DNA from: a virus
Taxonomy: Duplodnaviria; Heunggongvirae; Uroviricota; Caudoviricetes
Direction: 5' to 3' (one strand)
IMG/VR virus record: IMGVR_UViG_3300028895_001083
Length of the DNA stretch: 16,938 nt
Shown: positions 1-6,088 of the stretch, one piece after another
Position numbering within the stretch: position 1 is the first letter of the stretch
Layout: the number at the start of each line of letters is the position of its first letter
Notes under the pieces: generated by a model
The model's database searches: none
Told to the model about the DNA's origin: nothing
The model's input: only the letters and a program-made list of their open reading frames with translations
Program-made: the position numbers and the translations under genes

Positions 1-1
1 G

Positions 2-118
2 GAGCACCGCAAGCTTGCGGGCGTTGCCCCTCTCGTTGAAGAAGTCACTGACCACACGCAGGTGATCGTCAATGGCGAAAGCGAAGCAGCACAAGGATCC
101 GGAGATCCTTCAGAGTGA
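2..118 (+). CDS. 3' end of an upstream hypothetical gene (5'-truncated by the window)
   Basis: Open frame from base 2 (EHRKLAGVAPLVEEVTDHTQVIVNGESEAAQGSGDPSE) to TGA 116-118, overlapping the ruvC-like start. Not in the ORF track because no start codon lies in the window. Confidence 0.5.
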   Translation, partial: EHRKLAGVAPLVEEVTDHTQVIVNGESEAAQGSGDPSE

Positions 119-698
119 ACTCGCAGGACTCATACCCGGTTACGTCCGCATCGTTGGGCTCGACCTGGGTACCAACTGCGGGGTTGCCTGGTGTGACGTG
201 GATCCCGAAAAGCCGATCGTCTGGGACGATATCCAGATGTACGCCGGCCAGCTTGACCTCGGACTCGGACCGTATGACACCGGTCCCGTCCGTCATATCC
301 GGCTCAAGCAGTTCATGGCCGTCATGCACCCAAGCTTTATTGGGTTCGAGGACGTCAAGAACACCCCCACCGTTAAAGGTTTCGGCGGGAAGAAGCTCGG
401 CATGATCATGGCCCGTGTGGCCACAGCCGCTGAGCTCCTGGGTGGTTTCAAGATCACCCTCTGCACCTGGGCCGAGGAGAACGAGGTGCCCTGCCAAGGG
501 TACGCCATCGGCACCATCAAGAAGTACGCTACCGGGAAAGGCAACGCTGGCAAGCCTGCGATGATCGCAGCCGCCAACGAGCGCTTCGGCGCTGACCTCG
601 ACCCCGACAACTACGAATCATCCGGCACGGACAACATCGCAGACGCGATGCACATCTGCGCCATGAGCGTTGAAGGATACGCCAAGGGGCTGGCTTGA
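72..698 (+). CDS. ruvC: RuvC-like Holliday junction resolvase (RNase H fold), phage type
   Basis: Motifs IVGLDLGTNCGVAW (Asp I), FEDV (Glu), IKKYATGKGNAGKPAMIAAA (RuvC IKK..TG.G.A.K motif) and DNIADAMHI (Asp III/IV) in the expected order. SD-like AGGTGA at 60-65. Confidence 0.88.
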   Translation: MAKAKQHKDPEILQSELAGLIPGYVRIVGLDLGTNCGVAWCDVDPEKPIVWDDIQMYAGQLDLGLGPYDTGPVRHIRLKQFMAVMHPSFIGFEDVKNTPTVKGFGGKKLGMIMARVATAAELLGGFKITLCTWAEENEVPCQGYAIGTIKKYATGKGNAGKPAMIAAANERFGADLDPDNYESSGTDNIADAMHICAMSVEGYAKGLA

Positions 699-737
699 GC
701 CCCAATCTTATTGCTGTGAATAAAATTGGAGGCTCTC

Positions 738-1460
738 TTGCCCGGCACAGCACTCTACATCGGCGCCATCATGCGTGCCGCCGGTGACGCGTCCACTTAC
801 ATGGGCCCGGTCCGTGTGCCTCGATCGATGTCGAAGGCCACGACCATCAATGCCCATATTGCCGAAGTCAATCAGCAGCGCCAGAATGATGCGGCTGCAC
901 CGCCGCAGGCGTACGCTGATTCGACGTTGGCCGGGGATCGCCGATACGAGAACCGTATCCAGCGGCCCGGCCTGGCCATGCTTACCAGCGTGATCATCCT
1001 CGATCGCAACGGCAACCAAGTCTACGCACAGGAGACCACAGGTCCCCAACTGCGTGGCAAGGTTGCCGTCCCGCTGCTGAGCTACTTGAAGGAAGCATAC
1101 CCGCATCAGTTCTCCGACAATCTGCGATACAGCGACGGCACGCCCGACGCCGCGATTTTCGGATTCAACATCAAACAGGTGCTTCGGATCGCTGCATTCG
1201 AAGTACTGAAGCGGAATCAAAGCGAAGATACAAAGATCCAGGTACCGGTGCGCATGTGGCACAATCCGATCGGGTGTTACGACCCGTACGATGTGCTGTT
1301 GCCCTCGCCTGACCAAAAGGATCTGGATATTTTCTCCTTGATGCGTTACTTCGGCATTGCCGAGGCATCGCCCGAAGAGCTGGCCACGAGTGCGCTCCTC
1401 CAGGCCCAGGTGGCCCGGGAGCTCGTCTTGGCAGCTCAGCTATTGCCGTTGGGGTCTTGA
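738..1460 (+). CDS. Hypothetical protein, probable catalytically inactive DEDD/PolB-type 3'-5' exonuclease homologue (240 aa)
   Basis: GGAGG at 728-732 favours TTG 738 over TTG 726. Segments LYIGAIM, IFGFNIKQVL, CYDPYDVL, LDIFSLMRYFGI and SALLQAQVARELV follow the ExoI/II/III layout but lack the acidic residues. Family call is by eye. Confidence 0.55.
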   Translation: MPGTALYIGAIMRAAGDASTYMGPVRVPRSMSKATTINAHIAEVNQQRQNDAAAPPQAYADSTLAGDRRYENRIQRPGLAMLTSVIILDRNGNQVYAQETTGPQLRGKVAVPLLSYLKEAYPHQFSDNLRYSDGTPDAAIFGFNIKQVLRIAAFEVLKRNQSEDTKIQVPVRMWHNPIGCYDPYDVLLPSPDQKDLDIFSLMRYFGIAEASPEELATSALLQAQVARELVLAAQLLPLGS

Positions 1461-1484
1461 CACACTGGCCAACCCGGAGGCCGG

Positions 1485-1590
1485 GCGCTCGTCGCGTAGT
1501 GGTTACGTCAGCGGGCTCATAACCCGCATGGCCGCTGCTGAAGTTATCGGATCTTCCCCAGCGGTGGGGTTCGACTCCCTAACGAGTGCT
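1485..1590 (+). tRNA. Non-canonical tRNA(-like) gene, anticodon CAT (Met/fMet-type anticodon arm), with 37-nt variable region; CCA not encoded
   Basis: Acceptor GCGCTCGT 1485-1492 / ACGAGTGC 1582-1589. D arm GCGT-AGTGGTT-ACGT 1494-1508. Anticodon arm GCGGG-CTCATAA-CCCGC 1511-1527. T arm TGGGG-TTCGACT-CCCTA 1565-1581. Confidence 0.75.
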
Positions 1591-1631
1591 TTGGATCGAC
1601 GGAAGTTACAGTGTAGTCAAGCCCGGGGAAG

Positions 1632-1672
1632 GAGGGGCGGGTCGCGGTATCCCCACGCCGCGGCCCGCCCTC
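1632..1672 (+). other. GC-rich stem-loop between the tRNA and the next RBS (possible weak terminator or processing site)
   Basis: 1635-1647 pairs with 1658-1670 (13 bp, one G-U), 10-nt loop, extendable by 2 bp past a bulge. Followed only by GTGTTTAC, so the U-tract is weak. Confidence 0.5.
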
Positions 1673-1701
1673 GTGTTTACCACCACTACAGGAGAGACCC
1701 A

Positions 1702-2142
1702 ATGTCTCGCATCGAATTACATCACTCCGTGATGGACATCTTTCAAGCGCTCGGCGAGGGTAATCCCGGCGCGCTGCGCGTCTGTATGGAGCTGATGCAA
1801 CAGTCCGCCAACATTGACCCGGACAGCGCCCTGGGCGGTATGGGACCGTTGCTGTCGCTCGACACGCTCGAGATCTACGGCCCCCGCATTTGGATGCTGT
1901 ACAAGGACGTGTGCGGCGAGGATCTGACGCTGACAATAGCGTTGCTTCGTGGCCACCAGCTTGGTATGCTATCATCCGCAGAGTTGAACCACGCCATCGA
2001 CAACCGTGGCGACGGCATCGACCCCGCGACGGTACTCGCGCTGGTGCAAGAAGAGCTGCCGGCGTTCGCTACACAAGGAGCGAAAGATGACGAAGTGCAA
2101 GAATCACAAAAGGTACAAGGGGATACACCCCCCGCGGTGTAA
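1702..2142 (+). CDS. Conserved-looking phage hypothetical protein (146 aa)
   Basis: AGGAG at 1690-1694 before ATG 1702, internal to track ORF 1357-2142 whose N-terminal part runs through the tRNA. EGNPGA and LDTLEIYGPRIWMLYKDVC resemble a motif pair I recall from phage hypothetical proteins; function unknown. Confidence 0.8.
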   Translation: MSRIELHHSVMDIFQALGEGNPGALRVCMELMQQSANIDPDSALGGMGPLLSLDTLEIYGPRIWMLYKDVCGEDLTLTIALLRGHQLGMLSSAELNHAIDNRGDGIDPATVLALVQEELPAFATQGAKDDEVQESQKVQGDTPPAV

Positions 2143-2206
2143 CCGCGGAAAGCCTTGCGACGCTTGCAAGCAAAAGTACAAGGAGACTCATCGTGGACGT
2201 CTTTGA
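2087..2206 (+). CDS. 39-aa basic Cys/His mini-protein, putative zinc-binding
   Basis: AAGGAG at 2075-2080, ATG 2087. MTKCKNHKRYKGIHPPRCNRGKPCDACKQKYKETHRGRL (C-x2-H ... C-x2-C). Its stop overlaps the start region of the next gene. Confidence 0.6.
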   Translation: MTKCKNHKRYKGIHPPRCNRGKPCDACKQKYKETHRGRL

Positions 2207-2936
2207 ACCAGGCGAAGGATGGATGGAGAAGCGCGAGCGTCTGCCTGTTCCGAGCAGCGACGCGAAATTCGCACTGCATGAAATGGCAGACGACTGGCAT
2301 TTCTTCAACCACGGCGCACTGTTCGAATACACCACGATCGATACCGATCCCGTGGGTGACTGGTATGCCCAGCAAGAGCCGGGCACACGTGTCATCCGCA
2401 CACCGTTTAAGCGTCCAGTGATCGAGGGGCTTACGCGCCCCACGGCGCTGGGCGTTCCGTGGGGCCACGTCATCTGTGGCGTGCGCAACCACGATTGGGA
2501 GGATCTCTTTCCTTTCCTCGGCGGCGTTGTCGCCTTGGACTCCAAGGACAAGGACTACTTCCAGCTATTCAGCGGCGACATCGAAATCGTCGACCCAGGC
2601 GAGGCACAACGCCACAGCGTGTGGAGTCTCGACCTGCCGAAGATTACGGTCACTGTGTTCTGTGTCGATGGCATGAAGGACCGGTGGCAGGTGACGCCCA
2701 GTGTTGGTGGCATGCCGCCACGCTTCTATCGTGTCGACCCCCGCCAGGAGGTCATCGATATGGGGCAAGCGGTGCTGTCCGGCGACATGGAGCACCTCCA
2801 GTACAAGGACAATCCGGCGTTCAAACCGCTGCAGGATAAGTTCAAATCCATAGTTACACCCGGAGAAGCGAGCAATGAAGCTCTACATCGAGCTGCCCAG
2901 CAAAATCGAGGGAAACTGGACCTTGGTGGACGGTGA
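2193..2936 (+). CDS. Hypothetical protein (247 aa)
   Basis: GTG start with AAGGAG at 2180-2185; globular-looking composition; no family recognised. Confidence 0.8.
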   Translation: MDVFEPGEGWMEKRERLPVPSSDAKFALHEMADDWHFFNHGALFEYTTIDTDPVGDWYAQQEPGTRVIRTPFKRPVIEGLTRPTALGVPWGHVICGVRNHDWEDLFPFLGGVVALDSKDKDYFQLFSGDIEIVDPGEAQRHSVWSLDLPKITVTVFCVDGMKDRWQVTPSVGGMPPRFYRVDPRQEVIDMGQAVLSGDMEHLQYKDNPAFKPLQDKFKSIVTPGEASNEALHRAAQQNRGKLDLGGR

Positions 2937-3204
2937 TGGCAAACCGATCTGCGACAACACGCCCCCAGGGGCGATGATCGTGCTCGAGCCGCATTTCTAC
3001 AAGGGCATGCACTCGCAAGCATTACTACGTTCTACTAACGCTGGCAAAAAGGGCCTCACCGTCGACCAGACGATTCGGGTCTCGGCCACCACCGGCAAGC
3101 TGACTGCTGAGTCCGCTGGCAAGGTGCCCAAGCCGATCGAACCGCACTTCGACAAGAAGGAACCGAAGAAGTCAGCACCTAAGGAGCCAACGAATGGCAG
3201 CTGA
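2875..3204 (+). CDS. Hypothetical protein (109 aa), Lys/Pro-rich C-terminus
   Basis: ATG 2875 with GGAG upstream; fills the space to the next gene; overlaps the upstream gene by 62 nt. Confidence 0.7.
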   Translation: MKLYIELPSKIEGNWTLVDGDGKPICDNTPPGAMIVLEPHFYKGMHSQALLRSTNAGKKGLTVDQTIRVSATTGKLTAESAGKVPKPIEPHFDKKEPKKSAPKEPTNGS

Positions 3205-3691
3205 TACCCCGCCCGAAGAAGAGGGCCTGACTGACGAACAGCTCGCGGAGATCATGCGGCGCCTTGGCAGTGCTTTCCTACAGGCTGCCGATCCGCCGGA
3301 ACGTCCGCAGCAAACTATCTACATCGTCTACGGCGTCGTAGGCGACCGGCCGAACATCAGCACCGTGCAGAACGAGCAGGCGCTGTGTGACGCCATCATG
3401 GAGGCTCGCGTGGCCCAGAACGCCGATCCCGAGAATGAGCGCTACATGCATATCTTCGTTGGACAGCAGTGGCCTATTCAGAAGGGGCGCGTCTGGTACG
3501 TCTGCGCTGGTGAGCGGATGATTCCGGTGACCAGCGAGAACATCGACATGCGCGTCGATCAGACAGGCAGCCTGCGAGAACCCATCGACTTCGACACGGT
3601 CGTACCGTCCCCGCCGGACGAGCCGGAGACCGAAGATGATGAACCGGACGGCGACGTTGAAGTCGTTCCGGGGCCGCCCGAGTCGGGCTAG
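3194..3691 (+). CDS. Hypothetical acidic protein (165 aa)
   Basis: AAGGAG at 3181-3186, ATG 3194; followed by an intrinsic terminator. Confidence 0.8.
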   Translation: MAADTPPEEEGLTDEQLAEIMRRLGSAFLQAADPPERPQQTIYIVYGVVGDRPNISTVQNEQALCDAIMEARVAQNADPENERYMHIFVGQQWPIQKGRVWYVCAGERMIPVTSENIDMRVDQTGSLREPIDFDTVVPSPPDEPETEDDEPDGDVEVVPGPPESG

Positions 3692-3726
3692 TCAATCTGA
3701 CTAACATAACAAGGCATTATAAGGTA

Positions 3727-3758
3727 GACGCCAGCATATCTGCTGGCGTTTTCCTTTT
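3727..3758 (+). terminator. Rho-independent terminator
   Basis: GACGCCAGCA-TATC-TGCTGGCGTT (10-bp stem) followed by TTCCTTTT. Confidence 0.8.
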
Positions 3759-3775
3759 GCAGAAGGAGGAGACGC

Positions 3776-4009
3776 ATGTTCAAGTTATCTCCCCACAGAC
3801 CACGTGGTCCGCAACATGGCGCGATCAACGTGCGATGGGTGGAGGGAACGAAGCTACTGCGTGTTGTGTACAAAGGTCCCTTTAAGGGGTCAGACCTGAT
3901 GGACCATACTGCTGGCAAACGCAGGCCGTACGAGGATCTGACCCAGGACGAACTAGATGAGCTCAAAGCAGCTCAGGCCGCTTTAGGGCGGCCATTACAG
4001 CATGCGTAA
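3776..4009 (+). CDS. Hypothetical protein (77 aa)
   Basis: Strong SD AAGGAGG at 3763-3769, ATG 3776; 8-nt overlap with the next gene. Confidence 0.75.
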   Translation: MFKLSPHRPRGPQHGAINVRWVEGTKLLRVVYKGPFKGSDLMDHTAGKRRPYEDLTQDELDELKAAQAALGRPLQHA

Positions 4010-5567
4010 GCATTTCTACTTCTCCACTCGGAGTACAGCTTTGGATGAGTTCCAACAATTGAAAATGGGTGGCCGCGAGGTCACTACCAAAGTCCGTGAA
4101 ACAGCAGATGAGCCACAAACGGCTAATCTGGCTACCGACACCATCGAGTTGGCGGAGCAGCTGTTTCAGGACTACAAAAAGGGAACGGCTTGGTCGAAGA
4201 AGCTTTTCAACGGCCGTAGTGGTTCTCAGCTGATTCAGGCCTTGCGCCTGTGGGCCCAGAAGGTTGACGTGGACAGGGTTAGCTCCGACGAACCAGTCCT
4301 CAACGCTCTCGAGCTTGAGGAAGTGGTCGCCAAGCAAGCCGTCTCGTTGGCACTACCGCTGCAGACCCTCTGTCGCTGGATCGTCCTCGTGAGGATCGGC
4401 GTTGGGCGGCTGCGGCGGGAGCTTCTGGGACTGGTATCGATGGTCCCGATGCCGCCATGCGGTAGCGTGAGATTGGGGCGCCCAGCTGACCACGTGAGCA
4501 AGACTCACTATGTGGTCACGCACGTACTGGGCGATAGGATTTTCAGCAGGGGGTACTTGTTGCGGTTCACCGACCAGGGCTGGAAGCTCGGCGGCAAGGA
4601 AGGCAACAAGTGGTCCAAGGACCTGTGGCTCACGCCCGGGCTCCAAGAGGTGTCTGCAATCGTCGCGGCCAAACGCCGCAAGATGATGCCAAATGGCAAT
4701 CCACCGAAAGGCGAGCTGCAGAACATCAACCGGACCTGCAAGAACCTCGAAAAGAAGCTGAAGGCCAGTCGGCAATCCGCCGGCATAAGCACTGACCAGT
4801 TTAGTAAGGCGCACGGTGCACGCCTCGACCTTGAGAACAAGAACATCATGGTCGCTACCCTGGCCAGCGTAAGGGCGCTGCTCGCACAAACGATCGTCTA
4901 CAAGGAAAACCAGACCTTGGACGAGATCGCAGCGCGCCATGACAATTCCAAGTTCGCCTTGCTTGACGATCCGTCGCTCGCAGGGGACGAACAGGAAGCG
5001 TTCCTTTACCATCTACAGCGTCGCCGCCAAGCGCAGGCGTGCTTCGCGGAACTCGGGAAGTTCGTCTTCCCGCGCGGGTACATGGTGTTCTCGGAAACGG
5101 GTATACCTGACCACGTCCCGCCTGAGGTCCGTGTTGAACTCACTGGCGTGTCCGGTGTCGCCGTCGGCTCCGAGTATCTGGCATCTCGGTTCGACATTCC
5201 TGTGCTGCGTAAGCACGCGGCAGCTCTGCCCGAAGTGGAGGACCTCACGCCGCTCATCGACGCGTGTGGCATTTCTACCCTCCACGGCAAGATGGTAGAC
5301 GAACTAGACGAAATTCAAAAGGATGCGGGAGCGGCCGGCTCTGAGGATTACATCCGCTACCGGCTCGTCGGCGAAGAACCAGCCGACATGCCGAAAGCCG
5401 ACTTCTTCCGCAAGACCAGCGTCCGATTTGTTCCGATGGTGGTGAACTTCAATCGAAAAAGGCTCTTCGCCGAAGATATGCAGGGCGTCTCCAACGGGGT
5501 CAGCTTTGCCATCTCGCACGAAGACGTGAACGAGAGGTTCAACCAATGCCAGCCGAAGAAATCTTGA
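4002..5567 (+). CDS. Large hypothetical protein (521 aa)
   Basis: Long ORF translationally coupled to neighbours on both sides; no family recognised. Confidence 0.8.
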   Translation: MRKHFYFSTRSTALDEFQQLKMGGREVTTKVRETADEPQTANLATDTIELAEQLFQDYKKGTAWSKKLFNGRSGSQLIQALRLWAQKVDVDRVSSDEPVLNALELEEVVAKQAVSLALPLQTLCRWIVLVRIGVGRLRRELLGLVSMVPMPPCGSVRLGRPADHVSKTHYVVTHVLGDRIFSRGYLLRFTDQGWKLGGKEGNKWSKDLWLTPGLQEVSAIVAAKRRKMMPNGNPPKGELQNINRTCKNLEKKLKASRQSAGISTDQFSKAHGARLDLENKNIMVATLASVRALLAQTIVYKENQTLDEIAARHDNSKFALLDDPSLAGDEQEAFLYHLQRRRQAQACFAELGKFVFPRGYMVFSETGIPDHVPPEVRVELTGVSGVAVGSEYLASRFDIPVLRKHAAALPEVEDLTPLIDACGISTLHGKMVDELDEIQKDAGAAGSEDYIRYRLVGEEPADMPKADFFRKTSVRFVPMVVNFNRKRLFAEDMQGVSNGVSFAISHEDVNERFNQCQPKKS

Positions 5568-5815
5568 GGCCGCTGTACACCGGAGATGAAGATCTGTCGG
5601 TGTGGCTTGAGGGACTCGATGAATGCGACGCACCTAGGCTGTTTCCCCTGTGGCCAGATGACTTCCCGAATTATCTGGCGGTATATCTCACAGCCGAGGA
5701 TGAGCTCGGAGTCCCGCAGAGCAGGCAGGCGATGCTCTACGCCTGCTGTATAGGGAGATTGTGGTTCTGCCGCGTACCCAAGGCAGAATTCGATGACCAC
5801 ACGACTTTGGAGTAG
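5546..5815 (+). CDS. Hypothetical acidic protein (89 aa)
   Basis: GAGG upstream of ATG 5546; overlaps the previous stop by 22 nt. Confidence 0.7.
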   Translation: MPAEEILRPLYTGDEDLSVWLEGLDECDAPRLFPLWPDDFPNYLAVYLTAEDELGVPQSRQAMLYACCIGRLWFCRVPKAEFDDHTTLE

Positions 5816-5819
5816 ACCC

Positions 5820-5966
5820 ATGGACGACGACCAATTGGTCGACGACGCCATACAGGCGTTGATTGAGATTGTTGAACCTTCGGCCCTCCAGGAGGCCGAG
5901 ACAGAGTGGACAATCCACAAAGCACGCGATGAGGAACCGGTGGCGGCCGACCTCGTCGAGGTCTAG
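5820..5966 (+). CDS. 48-aa highly acidic protein (below the ORF-track cut-off)
   Basis: GGAG 5809-5812, ATG 5820, TAG 5964-5966: MDDDQLVDDAIQALIEIVEPSALQEAETEWTIHKARDEEPVAADLVEV. Fills the gap before a terminator. Confidence 0.65.
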   Translation: MDDDQLVDDAIQALIEIVEPSALQEAETEWTIHKARDEEPVAADLVEV

Positions 5967-5993
5967 TATCAAGGAGAAAAAAAGGGTAAACTT

Positions 5994-6031
5994 GTCCCTG
6001 GGTCGTTCCGTCACGGCCCAGGGATTTTTTT
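5994..6031 (+). terminator. Rho-independent terminator
   Basis: TCCCTGGGTCGT-TCCGTC-ACGGCCCAGGGA (12-bp stem, one G-U) followed by T7 at 6025-6031. Confidence 0.85.
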
Positions 6032-6036
6032 AGCTA

Positions 6037-6065
6037 TTGGCGGCAAAACAGTCTGAGGATAGACT
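6037..6065 (+). promoter_or_regulatory. Candidate sigma70-type promoter
   Basis: TTGGCG 6037-6042, 17-nt spacer, TAGACT 6060-6065; sits just after a terminator and 23 nt before the ATG at 6089. Confidence 0.5.
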
Positions 6066-6088
6066 GATGGGCCGGAGGAAAGGATGCC

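Noticed and set aside
1457-1462. Perfect TTGACA upstream of the tRNA
   Set aside because: No -10-like hexamer 16-19 nt downstream (GC-only sequence); it overlaps the stop codon of the previous gene.
1511-1527. Selenocysteine tRNA reading (TCA present in the loop, 8/5 fold, long variable arm)
   Set aside because: In the 7-nt loop CTCATAA the anticodon position is CAT; tRNA-Sec needs CT-TCA-AA and a 6-bp D stem. No TGA-interrupted ORF or SECIS was seen.
1679-1685. ACCACCA resembling a tRNA 3' end
   Set aside because: No matching acceptor 5' strand, T arm or anticodon arm upstream.
1357-1701. N-terminal extension of track ORF 1357-2142
   Set aside because: It overlaps the previous gene and runs through the tRNA and hairpin; a clear SD and ATG at 1702 explain the gene.
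5150-5230. Faint SLOG/YspA-like pattern (ELTGVSGVAVGSEYLASRFDIPVL) in the 521-aa protein
   Set aside because: Too weak by eye; the GGAxGAD core is not preserved. It needs a profile search.
5971-6033. AAGGAG + A7G + downstream stem-loop, resembling a dnaX-type -1 frameshift cassette or a leader peptide over the terminator
   Set aside because: A-AAA-AAG is in frame only with the 48-aa ORF after its TAG stop, the SD-like sequence abuts the slippery site, and the nearest TTG is 15 nt from the SD. No supported ORF is translated through it.
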